This document shows positions 1 to 10,292 of a stretch of DNA of 64,000 nt, piece after piece (the stretch's first letter is position 1; each line of letters begins with the position of its first letter). The notes beneath the pieces were generated by a model. The model saw only the letters and a program-made list of their open reading frames with translations, was not told the origin of the DNA and made no database searches. Location: positions 96,001 through 160,000 of the forward strand of contig JBDLRP010000021.1 of the NCBI GenBank assembly GCA_039799905.1. The letters run 5' to 3'. A program made the translations under genes and the position numbers. Source of the stretch: Pseudomonadota bacterium (lineage in GTDB: Bacteria; Bdellovibrionota_B; Oligoflexia; Silvanigrellales; Silvanigrellaceae).

Positions 1-1300
1 GCATGTTTCCCTCATTCAGATGCTTGAGAAACATGTTGAATTCTAACACTTCGACTTTAACCTTGAGACCAACTTTTCTCAGCTGACCGGCGATTCCTTT
101 TGCAACCGCAATCCGCTCCCTGTTGAGCGGCACCTTGATCGAAAACTCAGCCCGGAACTTCCCGTTCTTTGCACCATCCGGATCGGTCAAACCGGCGGCA
201 TCGAGCAAAAGCTCAGCCTCGCGCAAATTGTGATTGAGCGGCTTTGGATTATCAAAATGAAAGGCGTGACCTTCAGGAAACATTGAGTTGGAAATTTTAC
301 CCATTCCCTGAAGTGTGAATTTCAAAATTTCTTCTCGGTTGATGGCAAGCGCAATTGCCCTGCGCACGCGCACGTCGGCAAATAATTTGTGTTTGAAATT
401 GAACGCGAGAAATGCAGTCGAATCTGACGTCCTGAGCTGCACGTTGAATTCCCCTGAACTCCTCTTCATCAACTCAGCCACCTTGTCCGTATCAAGGCTG
501 TTCTGCACGAGGTCGACATCTCCCTTCAACAGAGCAGCAAAACGGGTGTTGTTGTCGGTAAGAATTTTAAAGATGATTTCGCGCACGCTTGGGAATGCGC
601 CGCCAAAGGGAGCTCCGCTGAATTTTTCGTTGCGCACAAGCCGCCAGTCGGAGTCACTCATACGATCCAGAACAAAAGGGCCCGATTCAAACCCTTGACG
701 AGCAAAGACATCATCAGGTGCGCGGACGAGCGCCTCTTTTGGCAAAATACCGATGACAAGATTGGAGATGAGAGATGCATCCGGCTCGCTCAGTTCAAAC
801 TTGACGTCTCTTTCGCCGACTCTACTCACCGTCGCGACACGAGCAAACGTCCCGCGCCGGGGACTGGGCGGAAGGGAAGCCGCGGGCTGGGACGAAAGAA
901 CGAAATTATACGTGGCCACCACATCATCTGCCGTCAAATGCCGGCCAGAGGCGAACCGGATGCCTTCGCGGACGCGAACAAAGAGTGTTTTGGCATCGGT
1001 GTAGGTAAAGCTTTCTGCCACAACTCCCTGCGGAATGCTTTCTTCGGTAAATCCGAACAAGGGTAGAAAAAGCAGAGGCTCCAAATACTGGCTATTGGCA
1101 TCGGTTGAGACATAGCGGGGGTCGACGGTTCGGGGGCGGGTGTCAAAGGCAACTGTCAGTGGAGTCCCCACCTCGGCCGCGGACCCAGAAAGACAAGGCC
1201 AGGCTCCCGAGAGCATCAGCAGTAGCGCGCCCGCGAAGCGGCCACGCGCTGACCAGCCGCTCCATCCAGCTGCAATCGTCAACCATTTGAAATTAAACAT
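1..1300 (-). CDS. ABC transporter substrate-binding protein, family 5 (peptide/nickel); 3' end beyond window edge
   Basis: Hand translation of the minus strand from ATG at 1300 (GGGAG RBS): MFNFKWL...signal-like segment...TVAFDTRPRTVDPRYVSTDANSQYL, a typical SBP_bac_5 N-terminus. Absent from the ORF track, presumably because no stop lies within the window. Confidence 0.85.
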   Translation of the reverse strand, partial: MFNFKWLTIAAGWSGWSARGRFAGALLLMLSGAWPCLSGSAAEVGTPLTVAFDTRPRTVDPRYVSTDANSQYLEPLLFLPLFGFTEESIPQGVVAESFTYTDAKTLFVRVREGIRFASGRHLTADDVVATYNFVLSSQPAASLPPSPRRGTFARVATVSRVGERDVKFELSEPDASLISNLVIGILPKEALVRAPDDVFARQGFESGPFVLDRMSDSDWRLVRNEKFSGAPFGGAFPSVREIIFKILTDNNTRFAALLKGDVDLVQNSLDTDKVAELMKRSSGEFNVQLRTSDSTAFLAFNFKHKLFADVRVRRAIALAINREEILKFTLQGMGKISNSMFPEGHAFHFDNPKPLNHNLREAELLLDAAGLTDPDGAKNGKFRAEFSIKVPLNRERIAVAKGIAGQLRKVGLKVKVEVLEFNMFLKHLNEGNM

Positions 1301-1411
1301 GGACTCACTCCCACTTTATCAAATTTAGTGTAGCCTTGGAGGCAGCCGTGATGCACGGCACGACCGTCAACCTCGCTGAAATGGCAAAAGACGCTTTTTA
1401 CCTGCGCTGGG

Positions 1412-1440
1412 TTGACGCGGACTGGGGCCTTGGATAGAAG
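1412..1440 (+). promoter_or_regulatory. Putative sigma70 promoter for rpoZ operon
   Basis: TTGACG-N17-TAGAAG upstream of the GAGG RBS and rpoZ ATG. Confidence 0.4.
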
Positions 1441-1477
1441 GCTTGGCCAAGCGCGTTTTTTATGAGGTATCTGAGAC

Positions 1478-1723
1478 ATGGCACGTATTTCCATTCAAGA
1501 CTGTCTCGACAGAATCCCCAACCGGTTCGCTGTGGTCATGCTGGCTGCGCGCCGCATGCGTCAGCTCCAGAAGGGTAGCGACCCGCTGGTTGAATGCAAA
1601 AACAAAGAAGCCGTCACTGCTCTTCGTGAAATCGCAGCGGGCGTTGTTGGAATTCACAACATGGAAAATATCCCCGGTCTGTCTGAAAACATCGAGCGCG
1701 TTTCCAAAAAGTACAAGGACTGA
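1478..1723 (+). CDS. rpoZ: RNA polymerase subunit omega
   Basis: [30 protein letters not shown]...[14 protein letters not shown] signature. Confidence 0.97.
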   Translation: MARISIQDCLDRIPNRFAVVMLAARRMRQLQKGSDPLVECKNKEAVTALREIAAGVVGIHNMENIPGLSENIERVSKKYKD

Positions 1724-1744
1724 ACAGTCCGGTGGGCCGCCATC

Positions 1745-3592
1745 ATGCGTCCTGATAAAAACACAATCCTTAGATTGTCCGCATACGTTTTGAGTGTGGT
1801 TGCACTTTGCGCCACGCTCTCGGCTGCCGTTTACGCCGCGGACTCCAAGTCAAAGGTTGAGCAGAAGCACTCTCAACTCTCACGGCCAGAGCTCAGACCG
1901 CAGCTCCGCTGGGCGCGGCCAGACAACCAGAATGAGCCAGCCGAAACAGTTCAAGCGCTCAAGGGGTTGTTTGAAAATCATGGGCACAAGCTCAACTTTT
2001 CAAAGCGCGACCTGACCAATCTTCTTGAGCAGGCCATACCGCGAAAGCTTGGCAGTCTGTTTCCCTTTCGTCGTGTGCACAAAGTCCCGGATCAACTCTT
2101 TTTTGAGAATTTCGGCAGTAAGGGATTTCTCGTTGGAGAAGTGAATCCGCGCGTGCCGCCAATCCTCTCCGGCACCGACACCGCCGAATGGCTTGAATTA
2201 TACAGCAGAGAAACGCTCCCAAGGGCACGTGAATTTACTCCGCCGTTCCCTTTAGTACAGGGACTCAAAGGTCTCGGAACTCAGGCGCCATGGGCACCCG
2301 AAATATTCACGAGTGCATGGACTCAGCAATTGGAAGCTGCAGGCTCAATTATTGAGCACGGTGGCCTCAGATGCGTGAACAAATCTTCGGGAAAGAAAAG
2401 TTACCCGAACCTTGCCGAGCCGGCTGCTCACTTCCGCTGCGGAACGCCAATTAAAGCCTTGTCCGCCGAAACAGCCCTTCCAAAACAACTCCCGCGTAAA
2501 ATCGGTGCTGTTGCCGCTGCAGCAGCCGCAGCTGTGAATCCGCCTGCGGCACCACCCGCGTGTATTCCAATGGGGCGGCAAACATCGCAATCACTGGAAC
2601 TACTTGGCGACGAAAAATCTGGTCATTGCCTGCTGTGGCGCAGTTCTCGCGACGAACGCTTCTATCAAAAAGGAATGTCGTCGAAACTCATTTGTCTAAA
2701 TGCACGGCACAAAAGCTTTCAAAGAACACGGTTCAATTCCGTGGTCTCCGTGCTCCCGTCGGACCGTCAGGATGTCATCCACATTCTTGAATCTGAGGAC
2801 GACATGTTGACGTCGTACCGACTCAGCCTTGCAACTCTCAGCGTCACAAAAGAAGAGATTTCGGTTCCCTCCGGACAAAACTTGCGCGCGGCCGCCTTCC
2901 CTGCGCAAAAAACCGGTTTGTATGCCTGCCAGCAGGCGAACCCTCAATCGGACAACGCTCTCTTCACAACTCCCGAGTCACTTGCCGCAGGCACCGACTG
3001 GATTTACGTCGACAACGCAATTTACAGCGGGCTTCGACCGACGCGCCCGGAAACCGACACAGCGTGGCGAATCAGAGAATCGCGCGATGGAGTGATCGAA
3101 GCTGACCGTTTGAGTTGGTCTCAACTTCAATACGATCACCCGTCAGTCACAAACGACAGGTCTTTTACATGCGTTGTGGCGCGGGAAATTGATGCACGCT
3201 GCGGAATCCGGGTGCTGCAATCCGCGATGCAGCTCTCAGAAGAGTGGCTCAACGGTGATTTTGATCGCAACGATGTGACGCCTGCCGTTCAGTTGGCAAC
3301 CACACTGCTCGTTGCTCAGTCGCTTGAAAAGGTGATGATTGCCCTTCCCGACTGGAGCTTGCGTGGAGAGACTCTCCAGCTGCTCGGGGTTTACTCGCAA
3401 AAAGTCAGACAGCTGCTTGATAACAAGGCGCTCGAGCGCTCAGGGATTGCCCTGAGCCGCGACGCCGCTGCATTTCCCGCCGCGCAAAAGTATCTGGATA
3501 TTCCCTCTGATTCCGCCGACTACTTAGCAGTCAAGAAACTACTTTCTTCTTCTGTGGACTTCTGGGCATTGCTCAATCAAAAGTCCCTCTGA
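1745..3592 (+). CDS. Hypothetical exported protein (615 aa)
   Basis: Long ORF tightly packed between rpoZ and metG; N-terminal signal peptide ending AVYA; no family recognised. Confidence 0.75.
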   Translation: MRPDKNTILRLSAYVLSVVALCATLSAAVYAADSKSKVEQKHSQLSRPELRPQLRWARPDNQNEPAETVQALKGLFENHGHKLNFSKRDLTNLLEQAIPRKLGSLFPFRRVHKVPDQLFFENFGSKGFLVGEVNPRVPPILSGTDTAEWLELYSRETLPRAREFTPPFPLVQGLKGLGTQAPWAPEIFTSAWTQQLEAAGSIIEHGGLRCVNKSSGKKSYPNLAEPAAHFRCGTPIKALSAETALPKQLPRKIGAVAAAAAAAVNPPAAPPACIPMGRQTSQSLELLGDEKSGHCLLWRSSRDERFYQKGMSSKLICLNARHKSFQRTRFNSVVSVLPSDRQDVIHILESEDDMLTSYRLSLATLSVTKEEISVPSGQNLRAAAFPAQKTGLYACQQANPQSDNALFTTPESLAAGTDWIYVDNAIYSGLRPTRPETDTAWRIRESRDGVIEADRLSWSQLQYDHPSVTNDRSFTCVVAREIDARCGIRVLQSAMQLSEEWLNGDFDRNDVTPAVQLATTLLVAQSLEKVMIALPDWSLRGETLQLLGVYSQKVRQLLDNKALERSGIALSRDAAAFPAAQKYLDIPSDSADYLAVKKLLSSSVDFWALLNQKSL

Positions 3593-3600
3593 GGTCTGTC

Positions 3601-5598
3601 ATGAACACTGATGCACGCTATTTTACCACTCCGATTTACTACGCATCCGGAGAGCCTCACGCAGGACATATTTATTCAACCTCACTGATGAACATTCTCA
3701 GCCTCCACTACCAACACCGCGGCTGCGCCACGCGCACGCTGACGGGCATGGACGAGCACGGTGAGAAGATCGAGGAAAAGGCGAAATTACTCAACAAGCC
3801 TGCACAGGTTCTCGTGGATGAGTTTGCCGTCAAATGGAAGGAAATCTTCGCGCAGTTCTCGCTGAACTACGACATCTTCATGCGCACGACCAGTGCCGAA
3901 CACAAAGAGAACGTGCGCGACATCCTCCGCCGCTGTCACGAAAAAGGCGACATTTATTTCGGCGAGCACGAAGGTCGCTACTGTGTCGACTGCGAAGCTT
4001 TTCTTACCGCCAAGGAAATGGATGAATCACACAACTGCCTCGTCCACAAACGCCCTACCGAGCTGCGTAAAGAGGGAAACTATTACTTCCGCGTGCAAAA
4101 ATATCTGCCGCAAATCATCGAGCTCGTTCGTAGCGGGAAAATAGTTTCACAACGCCGTTACATCAATGAACTTCTCGGACTGTGCGAAACATTCGAAGGC
4201 GATCTTAGTATTTCGCGGCCCAAATCCCGCACGGCGTGGGGCATCGAATTGCCCTTCGACGCCAATCACGTCGCATATGTCTGGTTTGATGCTCTGCCGA
4301 ACTACGTCACCGGAGTCGGCGGAGTGGACTCTGCGCGCAACAGCCAGCTGTGGAATTCGGCAACTCATGTGATCGGCCGCGATATCCTAAAATTCCATGG
4401 CCTCTTCTGGCCTGCAATACTGCTATCTCTGGATCTTCCTGTCCCGCGGCTGTGTGTCACCGGCTGGTTGCTCTCGGGCGGCCACAAAATGTCCAAGAGC
4501 TTGGGAAATGTCATTTCGCCAGCCGACCTCCGCGAACTCGGCCGTGATGCATTCGTCAATACAGTATTTCGCCTTGCCAATCCGGGTGAGGACGTCGACA
4601 TCACAAGTAAGAATATGATTGAGCGCTACAACGCGGACCTTGCCAACGGAATCGGAAATCTAGCGTCACGAACGCTCGTCATGGTTGAAAAATATTTCGA
4701 CGGTGTCATTCCCTCCATCCACCACAATCATCAGGTGGATGAGGAAAAGAAAATCACTGAAATGGCCGCGCGTCTGCCGCAGAACGTGATGCAGGCATTC
4801 GATGAATACCGCCTAGCCGATGCGCTCAGCCAAATCTGGGAATTGATCGCGCAGACCGACAAATACATCGCACAACAAAAGCCATGGGAACTTGGCAAGC
4901 AATCCGATGACGCTTCCCGCACACGGCTTGCAAACGTGCTTGCGCACAGCACCGCAGTCATCCGCAGCGTCGGATATCTGTCCGCACCCTTTTTCCCAGA
5001 GCGCATGAAAGAACTGCTTCACGCCATCGGTGAAGATACATCTGACATGCGGAACGCAATAAAACGCGCTCAGGAATTCACGGCCATCAAGTCCGGTTTC
5101 AAGCTGGGTGATGTACCGCGACTTTTCCAGCGCATGGAATTGCCGGTTGCCGGAACGGCCGCGGCCAATCTGCAATCAGCCTCAAAAAACGATAAAAAGA
5201 ATGCAGGCACAGCTTCCGCTGCCGACGCTGGAACGAACCCTCCTGCCGGACAGCCGCAAACAACATCTGCAACGATTTCGATAGACGATTTCGCAAAGGT
5301 GCAGATCAGAGTTGGCACTGTGATAAACGCTGAATTGGTGGAAGGCTCCACCAAGCTGCTGCGCTTGAAAGTCTCGTTGGGCGACCTTGGTTTGCGGCAG
5401 ATTTTTTCAGGAATCCGAGAGTGGATTACCCCCGAGGAACTCGTCAACCGGAAGGTTCTCATCGCTGCCAACCTGTCACCCCGCAAAATGAAATTCGGAG
5501 TTTCAGAAGGCATGCTTTTGTCGACCGAGACCCAATCTGGAAAGATACTACCGGTTTTTGTCGCCGAGGAGCTGCGTGAAGGTTCGCTTCTCGCTTAA
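3601..5598 (+). CDS. metG: Methionine--tRNA ligase with C-terminal tRNA-binding domain
   Basis: TTPIYY..PHAGH, CVDC...CLVH knuckle, YVWFDAL, KMSKS, C-terminal ISIDDFAKVQIRVG OB domain. Confidence 0.97.
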   Translation: MNTDARYFTTPIYYASGEPHAGHIYSTSLMNILSLHYQHRGCATRTLTGMDEHGEKIEEKAKLLNKPAQVLVDEFAVKWKEIFAQFSLNYDIFMRTTSAEHKENVRDILRRCHEKGDIYFGEHEGRYCVDCEAFLTAKEMDESHNCLVHKRPTELRKEGNYYFRVQKYLPQIIELVRSGKIVSQRRYINELLGLCETFEGDLSISRPKSRTAWGIELPFDANHVAYVWFDALPNYVTGVGGVDSARNSQLWNSATHVIGRDILKFHGLFWPAILLSLDLPVPRLCVTGWLLSGGHKMSKSLGNVISPADLRELGRDAFVNTVFRLANPGEDVDITSKNMIERYNADLANGIGNLASRTLVMVEKYFDGVIPSIHHNHQVDEEKKITEMAARLPQNVMQAFDEYRLADALSQIWELIAQTDKYIAQQKPWELGKQSDDASRTRLANVLAHSTAVIRSVGYLSAPFFPERMKELLHAIGEDTSDMRNAIKRAQEFTAIKSGFKLGDVPRLFQRMELPVAGTAAANLQSASKNDKKNAGTASAADAGTNPPAGQPQTTSATISIDDFAKVQIRVGTVINAELVEGSTKLLRLKVSLGDLGLRQIFSGIREWITPEELVNRKVLIAANLSPRKMKFGVSEGMLLSTETQSGKILPVFVAEELREGSLLA

Positions 5599-5642
5599 AA
5601 CAAATCCCGCAATGTTCGCCGAACACTGCGGGATTTGTTTTT
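5597..5642. terminator. Bidirectional intrinsic terminator
   Basis: AAAACAAATCCCGCA...TGCGGGATTTGTTTTT inverted repeat between convergent genes. Confidence 0.85.
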
Positions 5643-5658
5643 GGTGAATCGCTCACTC

Positions 5659-6237
5659 TCAACGGCTTATCTTGGTTCCCTCGTTGACCGAGCGCAAAAT
5701 TTCATCGCGCGGAATCAAGTCGGTGGGCAATTGTGCTCTGCGGATGTTGGCACGATACAGAACTGCACCGCGCAGCTTGGTGTAATCGAGGTCGGCATCC
5801 TCAAGATTGGCGCGAGTCAGATTTGCACCCTCAAGATTCGCGTTCCAAAGGCTCGATTCAGAGAAGTCGCAGCCCTCAAGGTTTGAGTCTTTGAAGTTCA
5901 CGTACGACAGGTTGGCACCCGCGAAACTGCAATTCGAAAAATCAAGTTTTGTCAGGTTTGCCTTGCGCAAGTCGACACCGGCAAAGTCACGCGTGGATTG
6001 AAGAATTTCGATCGCTTCCTTGCGGGTGAGTGTTTTGGGCTTCGCACTTTCCGGGTCGATTGTAATTCCCGCGCTGGCAGCTCCACCATCCTCATCTTCG
6101 TCGTCATCATCAGAAAAATCATCGTCGTCGTCAAAATCACCGTCATCATCGTCATCAGAACCACGACGCGGTGAAAGACTTTTCGAAAGCTGTGATTGTG
6201 CGTCTTCAAGCGTTTTGAAGGATGTTCTGATATGCAC
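5659..6237 (-). CDS. Pentapeptide repeat protein with acidic N-terminal tract
   Basis: A(N/D)Lxx repeats (GANLS, NANLE, GANLT, RANLE, DADLD); poly-D/E tract; GTG start at 6237 after GAGGGG (ORF track starts 6273). Confidence 0.9.
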   Translation of the reverse strand: MHIRTSFKTLEDAQSQLSKSLSPRRGSDDDDDGDFDDDDDFSDDDDEDEDGGAASAGITIDPESAKPKTLTRKEAIEILQSTRDFAGVDLRKANLTKLDFSNCSFAGANLSYVNFKDSNLEGCDFSESSLWNANLEGANLTRANLEDADLDYTKLRGAVLYRANIRRAQLPTDLIPRDEILRSVNEGTKISR

Positions 6238-6328
6238 CTTCGTTCCCCTCTGGTTCAATCGTGGGCTAAACAATCGGTTATAATTGCAAGTAGAAGATGT
6301 TTACCCACTTTTGCAGGTAAAAGGCAAC

Positions 6329-6360
6329 AAAAAAGACCAGAGTAATCCACTCCGGTCTTT
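6329..6360 (-). terminator. Intrinsic terminator
   Basis: AAAGACC..GAGT/ACTC..GGTCTTT hairpin with a U-tract on the minus strand. Confidence 0.6.
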
Positions 6361-6386
6361 GTGCCTAGTGCTTGGAATTCCTGCGC

Positions 6387-7358
6387 TTAAAGAAAGGATT
6401 CTCCGTCGCCGCCCAGCGAGGTTGCAGGCAAATCGTCTTCCGACAGATATGCCTCGGCTGTCGGAGTGAGTGTCGGGCGTTTCGGAGGCATCGCGACCGC
6501 AGGTGCATTGAAGACGTTGTCTTGTGCATCTTTCATCAACAAAGTTACCAACCGGCTGCGGATGACAACCTTGGGCACCCAGAACAGGTCCGAAAGATAC
6601 TGCACCATATTTGCGCGTGCGGGCACCTTGGTCAGCTCGGCGCGCAGCAGTTCCGAGGGAACCAGCAGGGCATTGGCCAAGTCAATGATTTCGGTCGTGG
6701 TTGTCTCGTCGGTGCGCGGTGGAAGCATGAATTGCTCGCGCTCGGACAAGAGAATAATACGTGCAATTTCACGGGCGATGGCGCAGCGAATATGCGAAGT
6801 CAGGTCGCCCTTGCGGTAGCGGATGACGTACTGCCCAGGTTTGACGCGGTTGCTGCGCGCCAGACGATCGGTCACCTCAGCTTGCACCAGTTGAATAAAA
6901 GGCAGGCCATTGAGAAGTTCCGGCAAAAAGACAGGAACACTCGCGACTCCCACACGGGAGGTGACCGAGTACGCAACCTGCTCCATGAGCAACTGACGAT
7001 CGCGCCGTTGTTTGGAGTAGGTGAGACCAGCCTGAGCCTTGCTTTGACGAGCTTCGTCTTCTGATTCACAGAAGTCGAACCAAGCTTCATCAAAGTCCAA
7101 CGAACCGCTGGCCACATCTTCAATGAGTTCAATGTCGACATCCAGCGCACGAGAGAGCGCTTCAAGTGCGAAAATACTGCGAACAGCCTTTTTTCCGCGC
7201 TTCCAGTGGCTCGTATCGCTTGGATTATAATCAAGGATATTACCCACATCCTGATCGTGTACTTTTCCGTCCTGTTTGCGTGCTTCAAGCACACGCAGAC
7301 AAAACTTAAACAAAACCGCAGATTGCGGAAACCTTTGAGCTTCGCTGGCTTTACGCAT
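6387..7358 (-). CDS. XRE-like HTH plus degenerate ImmA/IrrE-like domain protein
   Basis: HTH-like DQDVGNILDYNPSDTSHWKRGKK; C-terminal RCAIAREIAR...LANALLVP...LSDLFWVPKVVIRSRL resembles the IrrE RFTxAHExxH...FAxxLLMP pattern. Start set at ATG 7358 (AGGGGA RBS) because the dnaK terminator abuts the alternative start at 7454. Confidence 0.75.
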   Translation of the reverse strand: MRKASEAQRFPQSAVLFKFCLRVLEARKQDGKVHDQDVGNILDYNPSDTSHWKRGKKAVRSIFALEALSRALDVDIELIEDVASGSLDFDEAWFDFCESEDEARQSKAQAGLTYSKQRRDRQLLMEQVAYSVTSRVGVASVPVFLPELLNGLPFIQLVQAEVTDRLARSNRVKPGQYVIRYRKGDLTSHIRCAIAREIARIILLSEREQFMLPPRTDETTTTEIIDLANALLVPSELLRAELTKVPARANMVQYLSDLFWVPKVVIRSRLVTLLMKDAQDNVFNAPAVAMPPKRPTLTPTAEAYLSEDDLPATSLGGDGESFL

Positions 7359-7454
7359 ATCGCGTCCCCTGAGCGCACTGTTCGTGATGTTTTTGTGTTC
7401 TGGGCAGAACATTACTCGTTTGCACTTTGAGGTGTCAACTTCAAAAATCGCCAT

Positions 7455-7483
7455 AAAAAAAAAGTCGCGCCTCTTGCGCGACT
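7455..7483 (-). terminator. Intrinsic terminator of dnaK
   Basis: AGTCGCGC-loop-GCGCGACT followed by a long T-run on the minus strand. Confidence 0.85.
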
Positions 7484-7556
7484 CAGTAAAACCGGTTCCA
7501 TGCCCACATTCCGCAGGCAGATCCTCTGCCTGACGAAAAAGAGTTGTGGAAAATTA

Positions 7557-9461
7557 TCAGTTTGATTCAAATTCGGCGTCTACAACACCGTCCTTCTTGG
7601 CCCCGCCCGCGGCTCCTGCGCCGGAAGCAGCCCCAGCAGCATCAGGACCCTGCGCGGAGGAAGTTTTATACATTTCCTCGGCGAGCTTGTAGGCCTTCTG
7701 TTCAAGCGCCTGTGCAGCAGCATCCAATGCGGATTTGTTTTCAGACTCTGTCTCCAAAACCTTGCGCGCCGCTTGGATCTCCGACTCGAGGCCTGATTTC
7801 ATTTCTGCAGGAATTTTGCCTTCGTTGTCGCGAATGGTCTTTTCAACCTGAAACACAAGACCATCAAGCTTGTTGCGGGCGTCAATGCTTTCACGACGCT
7901 CTTTGTCTTGATTGGCGTGGACTTGTGCATCATCCACCATACGTTTGATTTCGGACTCAGACAGACCAGACGAACTCGTGACGGTGATCTTTTGCTCTTT
8001 GCCCGTTCCGAGATCCTTTGCAGAAACATTCAGAATACCGTTGGCATCAATGTCGAACGTCACTTCTACTTGCGGCACACCGCGCGGAGCGGGCGGAATC
8101 TCGCTCAGACTGAAGCGGCCCAGCAGACGGTTGTCACGGGCGATTTCACGCTCACCCTGATAAACTGCAATCTCAACGCTTGTCTGATTGTCTGCGGCAG
8201 TAGAAAAGATCTGGCTCGCACGCTTTGGAATCGTGCTGTTGCGCTCGACCAACTTGGTGAAAACACCACCCAGCGTTTCGATACCGAGGCTGAGCGGAGT
8301 GACGTCGAGAAGCAATACGTCTTTGACTTCACCACCCAAAACACCTGCCTGAACTGCAGCGCCAACGGCAACAACTTCATCCGGATTCACCGAACGGTTG
8401 GGTTCTTTGCGGAAGAATGCTTTGACCTTTTCTCCGACCAGCGGAATACGCGTCGAACCACCGACCATCACAACTTCGTCGACCTGTTCCACCGACAAGC
8501 CGGCATCACGCAGTGCCGCTCGGCATGGCTCGATGGTCTTCTCGATGATCTTGTCGACCATCTGCTCGAATTGAGGACGATTGAGCGTCACAGCCAAATG
8601 CTTCGGCCCCGAGGCGTCAGCTGTCAGGTATGGAAGATTGATGTCTACTTTTGTCGTTGAAGAAAGCTCGATCTTCGCCTTTTCCGCTGCTTCACGCAGG
8701 CGCTGCATCGCCATCGCATCTTTGGAGACGTCCATCGCAGTTTGTTTTTTGAATTCAGCAACCAACCAGTCAATGAGGCACTCGTCGATGTTGTCACCAC
8801 CCAAGTGTGTGTCACCATTTGTGGCGAGCACTTCGACGACATTGTCGCCCACTTCAAGAATAGAAACATCGAATGTACCGCCGCCGAAGTCGTAGACGGC
8901 GATCTTTTGGTTGTGCTTTTTGTCGAGTCCGTAAGCCAAGGCTGCCGCCGTAGGCTCGTTGATGATGCGCAGAACTTCGAGTCCAGCAATTCTACCGGCA
9001 TCTTTGGTCGCCTGACGCTGGGAGTCGTTGAAGTAGGCGGGAACAGTAATGACCGCCTGAGTCACAGTTTGACCAAGGTAGGCCTCGGCCGAAGCTTTCA
9101 GCTTGCCAAGCACTTTTGCTGAAATTTCAGGCGGAGCCATCTCTTTGCCGCCCAATTCAAACAGGACTTTATCTCCACCGCCTTGTTTCACAGTGTAAGG
9201 CATCTTGGAAGCCTCATCCTTACGCTCGGTGAAATGCAAACCAATGAAGCGTTTTGCAGAGTAAACCGTGTTTTTAGGGTTGGTCACGGCTTGATTGCGG
9301 GCAGCACGTCCAACGATGAACTCTCCGTCGCGGGTGTAACCGACAACCGACGGAGTTGTGCGGTCACCTTCCTGATTGGGAATCACCTTCGGTGTTCCAT
9401 TTTCCATGACTGCAACAACCGAGTTGGTGGTTCCAAGGTCAATACCAATGATCTTTCCCAT
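7557..9461 (-). CDS. dnaK: Molecular chaperone DnaK
   Basis: [47 protein letters not shown]-terminus; GGAGG RBS 9 nt upstream of ATG 9461. Confidence 0.99.
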   Translation of the reverse strand: MGKIIGIDLGTTNSVVAVMENGTPKVIPNQEGDRTTPSVVGYTRDGEFIVGRAARNQAVTNPKNTVYSAKRFIGLHFTERKDEASKMPYTVKQGGGDKVLFELGGKEMAPPEISAKVLGKLKASAEAYLGQTVTQAVITVPAYFNDSQRQATKDAGRIAGLEVLRIINEPTAAALAYGLDKKHNQKIAVYDFGGGTFDVSILEVGDNVVEVLATNGDTHLGGDNIDECLIDWLVAEFKKQTAMDVSKDAMAMQRLREAAEKAKIELSSTTKVDINLPYLTADASGPKHLAVTLNRPQFEQMVDKIIEKTIEPCRAALRDAGLSVEQVDEVVMVGGSTRIPLVGEKVKAFFRKEPNRSVNPDEVVAVGAAVQAGVLGGEVKDVLLLDVTPLSLGIETLGGVFTKLVERNSTIPKRASQIFSTAADNQTSVEIAVYQGEREIARDNRLLGRFSLSEIPPAPRGVPQVEVTFDIDANGILNVSAKDLGTGKEQKITVTSSSGLSESEIKRMVDDAQVHANQDKERRESIDARNKLDGLVFQVEKTIRDNEGKIPAEMKSGLESEIQAARKVLETESENKSALDAAAQALEQKAYKLAEEMYKTSSAQGPDAAGAASGAGAAGGAKKDGVVDAEFESN

Positions 9462-9549
9462 TGCTGCCATCCTCCAAGCCAAGGGCTACGTCTCTCAAAT
9501 AACTCACAAATTTCGCGACCCTCTTAACATCAGGCTGGGTCTGCGCAGG

Positions 9550-9577
9550 AACATAATCTTGGTTGGAAGGCTGTCAA
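9550..9577 (-). promoter_or_regulatory. Putative sigma70-type promoter for dnaK
   Basis: TTGACA-N16-TATGTT on the minus strand. Confidence 0.35.
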
Positions 9578-9671
9578 CCCACGCATTATAATTTGATTTG
9601 CCGACAGCACGGGGTTAGATCAACCCATCCGCAGTCGTTGGAATTTTCCTGACTGGCATTCAGAGGATAGA

Positions 9672-10292
9672 ATGGAACCGCTCTCATGGCTCGTCTCTTT
9701 TTTCACTGACTATGGCTACTGGGCTGTTTTCGGTGTCTTGATCGCCTGCGGTTTCGGGCTACCCATCCCCGAAGACATCTCGCTGGTTGCCGGCGGAATC
9801 ATCTCTGGTCTTCACTACACCCACGTCCACACTATGTTTGCAGTCGGCATGGCGGGAGTTCTGATCGGTGACGGAATTGTTTTCAGTCTGGGCCGCCTGC
9901 TCGGGCAACGCGTCTTCTCGCTTCCGCTCATCCGCCGCGTGATGACGAACGAAAGGTACGCACTCGTTCAGGAAAAATTTGCCAAGTACGGCAATTGGGT
10001 GGTCTTTGCTGCACGCTTCATGCCAGGCCTGCGCACTCCTATTTTTCTGACCGCAGGTGCGACCCGACAAGTGAGCTTTCTGCGCTTTCTCGCACTGGAT
10101 GGTTTTGCGGCGCTGATCAGTGTCCCGATTTGGGTTTATCTTGGATACCTCGGAGCTAACAATCGCGAATGGCTCATGCAAATGGTCAAACGTGGTCAGG
10201 CGGCCACTCTTGCGATACTCGCCGTGTTCGTTGTCGCAGTGGTTCTCTTCTTTTACCTTCGCAAACGGAATCGAAAACAATGGCAAGCATGA
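9672..10292 (+). CDS. DedA family membrane protein
   Basis: GFGLPIPEDISL, GD...F.LGR, RFMPGLRT motifs. Confidence 0.95.
   Translation: MEPLSWLVSFFTDYGYWAVFGVLIACGFGLPIPEDISLVAGGIISGLHYTHVHTMFAVGMAGVLIGDGIVFSLGRLLGQRVFSLPLIRRVMTNERYALVQEKFAKYGNWVVFAARFMPGLRTPIFLTAGATRQVSFLRFLALDGFAALISVPIWVYLGYLGANNREWLMQMVKRGQAATLAILAVFVVAVVLFFYLRKRNRKQWQA

Noticed and set aside
315..1328. Short ORFs on both strands at the window start
   Set aside because: Shadows of the truncated minus-strand SBP gene (start 1300).
7544..9527. Multiple antisense ORFs over dnaK
   Set aside because: Well-known shadow ORFs arising from dnaK codon bias; fragmented and without support.
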